DNA from: the human T2T-CHM13v2.0 reference genome, Homo sapiens
Length of the DNA: 64,000 nt
Direction: 5' to 3' (one strand)
Assembly: GCF_009914755.1 (NCBI RefSeq)
Contig: NC_060932.1
Part shown: piece after piece, positions 35,693 through 48,513 of the stretch
Numbering within the stretch: position 1 is the stretch's first letter
Layout: every line of letters begins with the position of its first letter
The notes under the pieces: model-generated
The model's input: only the letters and a program-made list of their open reading frames with translations
The model's database searches: none
What the model was told of the DNA's origin: nothing
Translations under genes and position numbers: made by a program

Positions 35693-37847
35693 TCACTTCC
35701 TAAAGAGACATCTCTGTGCCCTGCTGGGAGGCCTATGGTGAACCCTGTGATAGATCTGGGGACCAGGAGTTGGTGAAGGGGGCATACGGCTGAGGGAGGA
35801 GGTGCACAGTAGCTCCATACCATGCAGGCTGAAACTGGAGTTGGCTGGTCTAGGGCGTCCCATGGGACTAGATGTGGGTGGTAGAGGGTAGCGTTGGGGG
35901 AAGGCTGCCAGACAGCATGGAATGCACAATGGGGTTACTAGAAGAAAAGGGCTGATCCCAGCTTTGTGGTTTGCTGGGGATATCATCAAGGGCTGGTGAT
36001 ATAGGGGTGCTGCCTCCCCTTCTTCTGCAGGTGAAAGAGGCACATTCTCTCCTTTCATGTCTGAGATGTCTCCATCTTGAGCATGGCACTCCAAGCTGAA
36101 GTCATCAATGGAAGGCATGATGTACTGGATCTGCACAGGGGACTGCAGGCCATCTTGTGACCTCAGGATATGCCAGGAACAATCACAAGGACTGTGTTCT
36201 CCACGGTCAGCTGCAGCGCTGTCTCTGGGGCCAAGATGAGGATGACCTCTTCCAGGCTCAACCTCACTTCTGTCCCTTGTTCTAGGACTATGATGAGCTC
36301 CTCATTGCTGGAATCCTGCTGCTCCCGTGAAAAGATGGCCGTCAGTATTCTCCAAAAAGGCTGCAAATGATGCTGATGCGGAGGGAGTTGCCAGGAGCTT
36401 CACCCTCTACAAGTTTAAAATACACTCCCTCCCAGAATTGACTCTCATGCTGACCCACCTAAATGTACATCCACTGGATGTCTCTTGAGCCTGAAGAGTG
36501 TGCAGCACTGTCCAATCTTTGCCATACAAGGACATACGAACTTACCTGGGGAGGTTTCTGGGACGGGCATGAATTCTGGTGTGGAGCTCCTGGAATTGAG
36601 GGTGTTTTGCAATCTTTGCCATGCAATGACATAATAACTTACCTGGGGAGGTTCCAGGGACTGGCCTGAATTCAGTGTGGAGCTCCTGGAATTGAGGGTG
36701 TTTTTGCACCTGCAGAGAGATCACAGTGAGGGAGGTTAAGGCTCTTCCAGCAAGAGTCTCTTGGATTTCAGAATATGACCTTCAGAAATCCACAACCCAG
36801 CACAGGCCAGCCTCAGGACACCAGCCCCCATCAATCAAGCATGACTTTCCACTCATCCTGCAGAAAGCACCCTCTCCTTTTATAAGATTGTGAGACATGA
36901 CACTGACCTCCAGGCAGGGAGATCTTAAGAAATATCAGGGAAATTGCCTTACCTATACTGGTACCCTGCTCCACTTGGTGACGTTTGGGTGGATTCATTT
37001 GCGTGGTAGCCAAGCTGCAGGACAGAAAGGGATCCGTTAGTCTTCCACACAGAGTCTAATTCTCACAAGCCCAAAACTCCATTTATCATCCAGCACACAT
37101 TCTTTCTGTGTCCCTCAGTCAAGTGCACTTGTGTTGGGCTCCAAATCCTACCTGCATCCAGTAAGTCCTAATGCTCATCTCCCACCCTCAACTTTTCTAA
37201 TGGCTTTTCCTATCGGTGAATGTGTGTGATAAGGGATGGTGACCACAGGAAACAGTTTGCTTTCTCAGGAGCTCATCCATCTGAGAAGGGACATCTAATT
37301 TGGTCTGAGGACTTTCAGGGAAGACGTTGTTATTTCAGGTATCTGAGCACCGTGTCTGTGCAGTTACAGTGTGAATGGAGTGAGAGATGATGGGAAATGT
37401 TTCATTTTCTAATGAGCACAGGGAAGAAATTTAGATCATGCCCACAGTTTACCTGTCTCCGCACAAGAGGTGACTTTCATTTAGAGAGGGAACATAGATC
37501 GACAGTGGGAGGAAACCTGAGATGAGCCCCCTGACAGGTCCAGAAACCCCCCATGCTGGCAGGATCCTATGGCCTCCACTGTGGGTCTCATGTCTCCGGC
37601 AGGTGTTCTAAATTTATAACGTTCAATGTCATGGCAGGCCAGGGTGCTTTCTCTGCCCTAGTTTGACCCTTTATCACACATTCACACCACACACACACAC
37701 AAATGCACACAGTCACACATAGTCACATGGCAACCTCCTGGCAACCCAAGGTAAACACACACTAACATACCTGCTCTCTCCTTCATTGTCATTCTGCGAT
37801 TCTGTCCAGGAATCACTAAGGCTTCTTTGGCGCCAGTAACCATACAT
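35693..37847 (-). pseudogene. PRR23D unprocessed pseudogene (PRR23D3P-like)
   Basis: Exons 37771-37847 and 36953-37014 intact. Exon 36643-36709 has a 1-nt deletion. Last-exon acceptor is AG>GG at 36325-36326. A second 1-nt deletion gives TGA at 36163-36165. Confidence 0.9.
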
Positions 37848-38055
37848 GGTAAAGGTTCTCTGGACTCACTTGTATCAGAAAATTTCAATCTTCCTCTTAT
37901 TTTCTTATAAACCTATACAGTCTATGACTTGATCTTTTACTTTTCCTGAAGAAGATGATCAGCTCGGCACATCCAGAACATGGAATAGTGTGCCCTGGCC
38001 TGGGACAGGTTGAATGACGCTATGGTAGAATGAAATCTTGGGCAAATCCCAAAAG

Positions 38056-38207
38056 TTTTATAATAGAGAGAGCTGTGGGATTTATCAAAATGGATGAACA
38101 CGATTGGCTAGTGCTGCTGATTAAGTAGTAGGACCTGCATGGGAGTGCTTTTATCAAAACTCAAGTGATATGGGTGTGCCCCTGTTAGAATTAGCCTAAT
38201 CTAATCA
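38056..38207 (-). promoter_or_regulatory. Promoter of the PRR23D pseudogene
   Basis: TATAAAA (minus) 38056-38062; CCAAT 38103-38107; TAATCTAATCA 38197-38207. Confidence 0.6.
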
Positions 38208-38359
38208 AAATCAATCTAATGTAACCTCTACTCTGATTCACCATAGAAATGTGATATAAAATATCAGCATTTTAAAATAGTGCTATTTACATTCTATTGT
38301 ATACTATTCATTAATTAGGAAAGACAATTATTTTCTGTAAGTTTCATGTGCATAATCAT

Positions 38360-38695
38360 TTCTGGGTAAACATAAAGGATTGGTTCTAGGAAACTTTGAA
38401 GGTAACAATATTTGTGGATGCTCCACTTCCTTGTATAAAGTGGTAGAGAATTTAGATGTAACTTACTCATATTAATTCATATAGCTTAAATTATCTCTAG
38501 ATTACTTATAATACCTAATACAATGCCCAGACCTTACATTACTTACGTGTTCTCAACAAAGAATTTGGTGAAGGGAAAATTCAAATTTTTTTTTGTCGGG
38601 GGGTGGAAATTGTGTAAATATTTTCTGAATATTTTCTATTCAAGTTTAGTTGAATCCATGGAGCTGGAACCCATGGATGTGGAGGGCTGACAGTA
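38360..38695. mobile_element. MER2-like remnant (paralog)
   Basis: Homologous to 23700-24034. Confidence 0.65.
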
Positions 38696-38987
38696 TTTTT
38701 TTTTTTTGAGATGGAGTCTCACTCTGTCTCCCAGGCAGGAATGCAGTAGTACGATCTCGGCTCACTGCAAGCTCCACCCGCTGGGTTCAAGTGATTTTCC
38801 TGCCTCAGAGTACCGAGTAGCTGTGATTACAGGCATGTGCCACCACGCTTGTCTAATTTTTGTATTTTTAGTAGAGACGGGGTTTCACCGTGCTGGCCAG
38901 GCTGGTCTCAAACTCCTGACCTCAAGTGATCCATCTACCTCGGCCTCCCAAAGTGCTGGGATTACAGACGTGAGCCACCGCTTCTGG
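38696..38987 (-). mobile_element. AluS-type element
   Basis: Full-length dimer; TSD TGACAGTATTTTT; empty site at ~24030. Confidence 0.95.
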
Positions 38988-39703
38988 TGACAGTATTTTT
39001 AAATAATAAAATAATATGTATTTTAAGTGAAAGAACTTTTAAAATGAATCTCCTGGGGAAAGTTATCCAAACATAATAGGCTCATATCATAAGATGAGCT
39101 GGGAAAAATACCAAAAGGACCTTTACTTAATTTCTAATATATCACTATGTGCTAATCTGTCTGTTGGCTTATTTCTTGCCTGTATCCCCCACTGGAATGG
39201 TTTCAGAATTATAATGCAAGTTTCCCTTTCAACATTACTTATTAATTAAAAATCCATGATTTCCATGGACAAAGTCACCTAAACTTCCATCAGGAGGCCA
39301 GACACCAAATGCCCAAACTCAGAGTTAATCATTTTATGATTAAAAATTATTTGACAACATAAAAAAGGTTGGATGGTATTGGGGAGAAAAGATGACCAGT
39401 AAATACCAAAATTGAACTAAATGGAAATTCTGTGAGGCTGCACCATTACTGAATGTGCCGTCACTAACAGGCCCTTGAGCTCAGGATGTCATTCTCTCCC
39501 TAGAAATTGTATACATTTGTTTGTAGATTCTTTCCATTTAGCTGATATCCTCCTCAGTCTTATTAGGTGAAGTACAGGCCCTGCTAACTTATTAAAAGCG
39601 CCCACGGCGGACCTTAGTGTCTTTATTCAGAGGTCTGTCTGCTTTGTGGATTTCGGTCTTTTCTGAGCAGAACAGCAGATACTTTGCTGAAGATCAGATG
39701 TAG

Positions 39704-40001
39704 TTTGTTTGTTTGTTTTTCAGACGGAGTTGTGTTCTGTTGCCCAGGCTGGAGTGAGGTGGTGCAGTCTGGCTCACTACAACCTCTGCCTCCCAGGTTC
39801 AAGCGATTCTCCTGTCTCAGCCTCTCGAGTAGCTGGGATTAGAGGTGTGCACCACCATGCCCGGCTACTTTTTGTATTTTGGTTAGAGACGGGGTTCCAC
39901 CATGTTGGCCAGGCTGGTCTCAAACTCCTGACCTCAAGTGATCTGCCCATGTCTGCCTCACAAAATGTTGGGATTACCGGCATGAGTCATGGTGCCCAAC
40001 C
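39704..40001 (-). mobile_element. AluS-type element
   Basis: Full-length; TSD AGATGTAGTTT. Confidence 0.95.
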
Positions 40002-40028
40002 AGATGTAGTTTTAAAGTTGGGTTACTT

Positions 40029-40333
<305 letters not shown>

Positions 40334-41391
40334 CTACATTCTCTCTGGTTGTGGGGATCAGGTTAAGATATTCAAGAAACAGCTTACACTGAGGGTTCTG
40401 GAGTATGCATATTTTATGGTCAAGAAAGAGGCCCCTCATTGTGAGTTTTTGTGTGTCAATTCTAGCTGAAAACCTAGTAGAAGAAGAAAAATATGAGGGA
40501 CTTGCCAAATATTCTACCTTTATAATCGCTTTGGCTATAAACAAAATGTGTTTTAACCAATAAATTAATAAAGTTATAGCTTAAAAATCTCAGGATATAT
40601 CCTGCAACACAGAATAATGACTTATTTTTGAAGAAATATTTAAGCAATATATTTTCATTTGGGGTCCAAACTTGTTCACAAGTGTACCTCTTCCCCTTGC
40701 CTTTGAAATTAAAACCATTTTTTACATCTGCAGTGCTGTGATGAAGAGAAAGATGTGGTTCTGAATGCTTTATCGTCAACAACTGAATGTTGAATTAATG
40801 TCCCTCTCTTTCATTGTCTATTTTTCAGTGACTTTAGCACTGTAGGAAAGATGAGCCCCTCACAATGTGGAAATGCACGGAGGCAGAGCGCGGGTTTCCC
40901 TGCAAGGGCCCCTTTCCCACGGGCTGCACTGAAATTGTGTGGCCCTGCCCTGACCCGACCCCTTCCTCTGCAGGGTCCCCGTATTCTGTAGATTTTCCTC
41001 ACAATTCTTCTTGTTTCTCCTCACAATCAATCCTCAATGAGGTCACAGGGAGGACATGTTACAGCCTGCTTCTATTATCTATCAGAAAGCCCTCCCTAAC
41101 CCCAAATTTATACATTTGTAAAATAATGCTAAAGTATCCCAACAGAAAATACAGAATAAAACACGTGGCAACAGCCCTGAAAATGAAGTCTTTATGGCTG
41201 TTTCAGAAAAATATCCGGGATACTCTGCAGCGAATCTCCCTTCTCAGCAGTTAGGGCTGCGGACAGGAAGTTTTCCTCCTGATGGACATCGCCTTAGTTG
41301 CCCCAAAGCCAGGGCGGCGCCTCCTCCCTGACCAGAGGAAAGGAAACTCACGTACTTCCTGGAGACCCAGCCCCGCCTCCGCAGGCAGAAC

Positions 41392-41401
41392 GCGCATGCG
41401 C
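41392..41401. promoter_or_regulatory. NRF1 consensus site (paralog) with adjacent GC box
   Basis: GCGCATGCGC; CCCCGCCTCC at 41371-41380. Confidence 0.55.
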
Positions 41402-44400
41402 CCCGCAGGGCGGGACGGCGTGTTCCCGCGCCCCCTGCCGGCCATGGGGTTGCAGCGCAAGAGGCTTGGCTTCTACCGCTTAGCGATGGACCTAAGTCTC
41501 TGAATGGCTGAAATTCTGGTTTAGATTATTCAGTACCTTTCTTTTGGAGGATCAAATGAAAATAGAGCACGGTATCATTTGCTTTGATGGAAGATAATTG
41601 AAATAAAGAAGCAACGTCCAAGGACCATATACAAAAGGCGATTGATTCCCTGTATGTGGACGGAAGAGGAGCTTGAATAAGAGAAGGGTTCTGTGATACT
41701 TTAATGCTGGAAAACTGCTGCTATGCATTTGTCAAATCCCATACAATTTTACTGCATAAATAGTACATCTTAATGTGGCTCAGGACTACAGATTATGTCA
41801 TATAAGATTTGGGGGAAAATTACTATTTAATTAAATAGGTTAAACTGTGAACAATAATGTGAGCCCTGCCTGGACCAGATGGCTTGCCAAGCAGATGGCC
41901 ATCCTCATCCTCACACAGTACTTGACAAAAACCCTGGCTTCAGTGTAGAATCACTTGTGGAGAATTTTTAGGATGTACCACTTTCACCCATGAATTAGCC
42001 CATTTAATTGGCCTCAGTAAGTCCATGGTTTCAGGATTTTGCAGTTTGCTAAAAGTTCAATGTCATCCCAATTTATTTCCTGGAACCATTTCTCCTTGAA
42101 GTTTACATTCAGTACTGAGATTTGCTAAAAGCCAATGCATTTCCAAGTTCTAGAGTCAAATCAGACGACGCCTCCTTGGTCAGAACTTTTATTTTGCTTG
42201 CGGAAAAGTATATTGAATCAAATATAAGAAGGGTTTGCATGGTGGCTGAGTGGTTAAGGTGCTTTATCTGCTAGTCCATAGTAAGGGGAGCACAACTGTG
42301 TCCTCTGTGTCATAACTCAGGACTCATGAATAAAACGTGGAGTGTCAGGAGATGAACTTCTACTCCCACCTAGGGGAGCTTCAAGGAGAACGTCTCAAGG
42401 GCTTTCTGAGGGAAAGAAGAGCAGGGATGCCTAATTCTCTGGCCCCAGGCAGTTGTTCATGGGCAGAGACAAGGGCTGGGGTAATTCAATGGTTTATACT
42501 GGGTGTTTTTGATACTGCCCCCATTTCCCTGTTAAATCTGTGTAATGGATCACTGAGAAACCTGGCACCTGGGGCTGAAGATCCCTGTTGTGTCAACTCC
42601 AGGGATGGATCCAGAGAAGTGGTTTTGGTGGAAGTTGGAATGAAGGGAGTTTGGCTGTGGGAAGAAAAAAAAGCTGTTGATGATGGGGAAACGGGAAGAG
42701 AAGGATGAAATCTCTACTCACATGCCAAGGATAGCTTATGCAAATCTATGTGTCAGACCTGCATAAATGAAACTAGAACTTTAACAACATATTAGATTTT
42801 TCAGCAACAGGTTTTATTGTTTCAATATTTGCAAGTATTTTTCTATTAAAAAATAATAAAGTTGCTTACATAATTTTGTATTCAAAATTCCCAGGTCACA
42901 TAACTGTTATACATTTACACTTCACATTTTTAATGAGTAGATACATTCCTAAATTATGAATTATTTGCTCAATTGTGTGTTAGTTTTTTCTTTTTATTCT
43001 CCATGACTCCGTTTTCTGACCTGAAATCTGCAGTATTTGGTAATCCACAAGATGATCAGTTGCCCTTGTAAAGACTTTCCTTTCCTATTTCCTTCTTAAG
43101 AAAGCATTTTTTACTGAGTTTTTTTGGTAACATACCAACGGTGGTACCTGGCTGAATGTTGGTTCACAGTGAGTAGAGACCAAGGCTTCTCTCAATTGGA
43201 GTCCCAAATTCTTTACAGAGCTAGGAATTCTCTACTCTGAAAGTCCTGTGTGTTTTAAGTTAGAGCTTTTGCAAACTATTTATTATATTGACAGTTTTCA
43301 TTCTCATGTCATTCTCATGTCATTTATATTCATTTATAGCACCAAGTGTCCCCTCCTAATTGGAGAGATAATTTTGTTCTGTAGTTAGTTTAAAAAGTCT
43401 TGACTCTCCCCTCATCAAGCTGCCTTGTCATTCTGTACTTGGCTCTTGGGGCAGGCAAGGTCAGTAGGAGATGCCAGTAGAGAGTAACCACCACTAGCTT
43501 CACAAGAATGATGTGCTGTGACGAATTGTGATAGGGTTTTTCCTTCTCTTTGCCCTAAAGATTCTATACCATATTTCATGCTCTGGAGCAAGAGCAACTT
43601 CTTTCTCATGGTTTTAATCACAATAATCTGATTTCAAGCACTTAATTCCTTTTTTTCCAGAACAACTCATTGAATTATCAAAAATATGAAATTAAGGATA
43701 CCTACTTATTGGCTTGAACTAGCTCTGAGCAATTTAGTAATCATGAACAGAATGGCTCTGCTAGAACAAAATTCCTGATCACTTCAGCCCATCCTTGAAA
43801 ATTTGCAGAGAGAGGTCAAGGGAACATACACTTCCCTGAAAATTGTATTTTACAGACCCAGTTAAAAGGCCATGTAAGGAAATAATGGAGACAGTAGAAG
43901 AATAGACTTACTGATTAAACTAGGTTTTGACTGTTAATATAAAAAAACCAATACCCTTTCCAAGAGCACATTGAAATAGCGTAAAATCCTTTACTAAGTA
44001 CTAAAAGATATTTCCAAAATATAATAGACTAAAAATCTAAAGAGGCCTCATCATCTGAATCTGAAACAAAAGAGAATATAATTAAGACTTTTTAAAAAAA
44101 CCCTAATGAATTGGGGATCTCTTTCCTTTACTCCTCTGCTGTGGTTGGTCAGAATCCCCTTTCTATTCTGTCCTCCACCTCTCTCCTGATTCTCTTTGTC
44201 TGTGTCATCTATCCCACTATTTCTTGCCCACGTAACTTTCACTATTTTTTTCAACACCTTCTACAAAGCTTCTAGAACTCTTTCACTATCACTGCTTTTC
44301 AAAATCCATCAGAGACAGCTTCCCAATACTCAACGTTACCTTCTTTTTCAACCTCACTCTCCCTAGCTCCCTGGCTCTCTGGTTCTCTTTTGGCCTCTCT

Positions 44401-45382
44401 TTTTCTCCTTATGCCCTGGCTTCACATCTACATTCACAAGAAGAGAATGAAGAAGCCCCCTTCCCAATAAGAGCACGCCTTACACTGGGACTCCAAAATC
44501 TAAGCACACCCTGACAGGCACAGCCAGTGGAATGAGATCTGGGACAGAAGATCACAGGGCGTCACAGGACTGTGGCCGGTGATGTCCAAGCCGAGGGGGT
44601 TCAGGGGCCTCCCCGAGTCTGTGACTAAGGAAAGGCCTGAGGGCAGCAGGGCAGTGTCCCAAGAGACGCGAGGATGAAGGAGGGGTGCGGGCAGGGTGGA
44701 GGGCCTTAGAAGACTACTGATGTCTAAGAAATCCCAAAGCCAGCGGGAGGTTGTGGCCTTCTCCTCCTGGCTTTGCCCACAAAGGGCCGCAAGGGGTGAG
44801 AATCCACTTCCGAGTGGGGACTTAGACGGGGCACTGGGTGGGGAGGGGAGAGGGTGAAAAGACAAAAGACACAAAAGCATGGCGGGGCACCAACCTCCAG
44901 TGTCTGACAGCGACGTAGGGCTACTGCGGCTGAGACACGTAGGTGCGGGGATTGTGACGTCGGCAGTGACACCAGACGCCAGATCCTAGGTGTGGAGGAT
45001 GGTGACACGGAGTTGTGAACAGAAAATATCAAAGTCCACTCCAGGAAAGGGGCCTTTCATCCGGAAAACCTGCATCCGGGTCCGCCGGAACCTGCGGTCT
45101 CAGGATGGGGTAGTGGGCCAGAAAGAGGGCAGAGCCAGTGTGGACCAGGCCTCAGCATCCCTGCTCTGTCCCCAGGGCGTATCGGGATCTGTCCCCACTT
45201 CCGGCCAGTGCAGCCTTGGTCTCCGCGTTTGCCACAACGCGAGTGTTTTACGTGCAGTGGGGCTAGGCTGCTTCCACCAGCTGCAAGCTGAGTGTTTCCG
45301 ATACTTTATGGTCAGGGTAGTCAGACCACTTACAGTGGTTGATGACCCGGTTCATTCTGGACAAATTAAAAACAGTTTAGGA

Positions 45383-45680
45383 GGCTGGGTGCGGTGGCTC
45401 GCACCTGGAATCCCAGCACTTTGGGAGGCTGAGGTGGGCGGAGTTTGAGACGAGCCTGGGCAACAGAGCGAGACCTTGTTTCTACAAAAATACAAAAACT
45501 TAGCCAGGTGTGGTGGTGGGTGCCTGTGGCCCCAGCTCCTCCAGAGGCTGAAGCATGAGAATCACTCGAGCCCAGGAGGTCGAGGCTGCAGTGAGCCGTG
45601 ATGGGGCCACTGCACTCCAGGCGGAGCAACAGAACGAGACCCTGTCTCAAACCAAACCAAACAAAACAATAACAACAAAA
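45383..45680 (+). mobile_element. AluJ-type element with an internal deletion
   Basis: CCCAGGAGGTCGAGGCTGCAGTGAG right arm; degenerate A-tail. Confidence 0.9.
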
Positions 45681-47295
45681 GTTTATGGCAGAAGTTCTTC
45701 TTCCTCTCTAGCGTGAGTGGGTGGAGCTGCACATCTTGAGTGGAGCAGGTCGTGGCGCCTTCACGACCCAGGGACCCCTGGCTGGAGGTGGCTGGACCAG
45801 GACCCCCACCAGCCCAGTCAGAACGGGCCATTTATTGTCAGAACTACAATGTGAATTGCCACAGTTGGCCGGTGGGGAGCGTGCAAATTCACACCAAGGA
45901 TGAGGAATGTAGGTTCCTTTTCTACTCCTCAATCACCCGGGAGGCAGGGACAAAAGCAAGGGCTCTGTTCCAGGGACTTCTTGGGCCAGGACCTGAGCTG
46001 GGCCCAGGAGGCCCGAATCATTGCTTTAAAAGAACAAAAGTTACTGTGTATATTAATAAATTCCTTTATCCATCTTTATATTTAATGTGTTCTTTTCACA
46101 TTTCTTAAGATGAATCATAAATCTGAATTCCTTTGAGACAAACGTGGATGACATCCCCTAATTTTCTTAGGTAATCGTTTTAGAATATATTGTAATTTCA
46201 CATATTTCAGTGTTCTCAGAGCTATTTGAAAAAATATTTTTAATTTAAAATATGGGATAGTTTAATGTTTTGTTTTCTGTTTCAGAGTATTTTGTGTCAA
46301 CTATGGGTATTGAGGCATGTAAAATGCGTACCTTTTAGGAAATACATGATTTTGTTTAGAACTAATGAAAAATTAAATGTTCAATATTTCCATGGACATT
46401 TACCAAGGGATGTCTACTCTCACACAAGAACATTTTTTAAAATAGCAAAACTGCATTTTCAATTTTCAATAGGCCCATTAATATCCTTAATAAATGTTAA
46501 AGTGAAATATGTAAGTTAGCATTTCATTTTCTACATTTCCTGATTTTCCTTTTTCTTAAGTGCATGCTAGCTGGATTGTGGAAAGACCAAATCCCAACTG
46601 TTCACACTGCAAAGATTTCTCAAAGATTATTTCCAAATGAGGGTACCCTTCTGGTTTTCCCATAACTAATACCAGTTTCTTTAAATTTTAAGTTTTTTTT
46701 TTTTAAAAATCAATATTTTGATTCAAAACGGACTTAAAACTTGAATAGCTTCCCTTAGGTAATTGAACAGAAAGAACACTGGGATTCATCAGGGTACTTG
46801 GGGGATCAGCCCTGCTCACTGCTTCTCCAGATTTCCAGAGCTAAGTTTGTTAAGTTTGTTTCCCCTGAGCTGAGCTCATACCTCCCATAACTGCTGGGAA
46901 GTGGACACAGATTAAGGAGCCAGGATTGTATGCAATTTCAGTTGAAGAAATTCATACATCTGAGCCTTCCCATTTAGTTTTTCTGCAGCTCCCTCTCTCT
47001 TCACATAGGAGCCAAGTAATGTAGCTCTGCCTGTATGTACCGTTCAGACACTTCGACCTTCTCTACCAAATATTTTGTTTTTTGGTTTCTACAAAATATG
47101 AGTTTGGGGAGTCTTCAAATAGACTGAATTGATTCCTCTTGAGTCTGCACGGGACACACATTGTCTACATTTGGAAGCCCCTTACGAGAAACTAACCCAC
47201 TAAATGAATGTCTGGGTAAATTAAGGTCTGCTCACTGTGTCTCTGAGTCTCTGATTCCATGCCTAGAAAATGGATCTGATAAAAGCCGAGGAGTG

Positions 47296-47578
47296 GGCTG
47301 GGCGCGTTGGCTCAGTCCTGTAATCCCAGCACTTTGGGAGGCCGAGGCGGGTGGATCACGAGGTCAGGAGATCGAGATCATCCTGGCTAACGCGGTGAAA
47401 CCCCGTCTGTACTAAAAGTACAAAAAAATTAGCCGGGCGTAGTGGCGGGTGCCTGTAGTCCCAGCTACTCAGGAGGCTGAGGCAGGAGAATGGCGTGAGC
47501 CAGAAGGCGGAGCTTGCATGAGCCAAGATTGTGCCACTGCACTCCAGCCTGGGTGACAGAGCAAGACTCCGTCTCAAG

Positions 47579-47620
<42 letters not shown>
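47296..47620 (+). mobile_element. AluY element
   Basis: GAGATCGAGATCATCCTGGCTAAC diagnostic; >40-nt poly-A; TSD AAAAGC(C/T)GAG(G/A)AGTG. Confidence 0.95.
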
Positions 47621-47623
<3 letters not shown>

Positions 47624-48322
47624 GAGAAGTGAAAAAAATGACAATACATTGAAGCATAATTTTTAAAATTATGATTTATGATTACTATCTAAAACAAGAT
47701 TTTCCTGTCCTACCTTAGAAAATTTCCTTAGCTTTTCCAGAAGAAACTACAACTCTACCAAAGCACAATGGTTGTAGGAAGGCTGTTTGATTGGGTCACT
47801 AAGAAGTCCTGATGAGAAGATGGTCCATCTAAAATGCAATGCAGTGTATATAAGGCAACATGTGTCCACATCACTTCCTGGGCATAACCAGCCCTACCTC
47901 CTCAGAGGGGATCTGATCCTAATGCACATGCATTTCCTTGGACAAAGGTAGGGAGTCTGATTCAGAGCTGCTCCAAAGCCTGTCCATGCAGAAGACTTTA
48001 TACCTGTAGTTCTTGTTCCTACCTTGAATGTGAAGGAGTACACTCAGTTTCAGAGTGAGAGTTTTGATCTCTGTAAGTTCTATTTGAAAAGACCAGCGGT
48101 TGACCAAAAAAAAAAAAAAAAAAAAAAAAAGAGGTACAGCCAAGGATTGGAATAAAGTCATAGGAACAGAGTCAAGCCCAGAAGAGCAGCAGTATTGAAG
48201 GACAATGGGTTAGGTTGCTAAGATTGATGGTGATCCTTATAAGTCAGCCTGTTACACTGTTTGCCTTGGGTCCACAGAGCTTTGTCATAGCTCTCTCTTG
48301 TAAGTTTCTTAAAATCACTAAA

Positions 48323-48513
48323 GAGGCTTGCTTGAACTCAGGTGTCTGAGATCAGCCTGAGCAGTATAGTAACACCTCATCTCTACTAAAATAAAAAAAT
48401 TTAGCCAGACATGGTGGCATGTGCCTGTAATCCCAGCTATGATGGTGCCACTGCACTCCAGACTGGGAAACAGAATGAGACCCTGTCTCAAAAAAAAAAA
48501 AAAAAAAAAAAAA
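48323..48513 (+). mobile_element. Truncated, internally deleted old Alu
   Basis: Linker CTACTAAAATAAAAAAATTTAGCC, 3' end CACTGCACTCCAG and poly-A. Confidence 0.85.
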
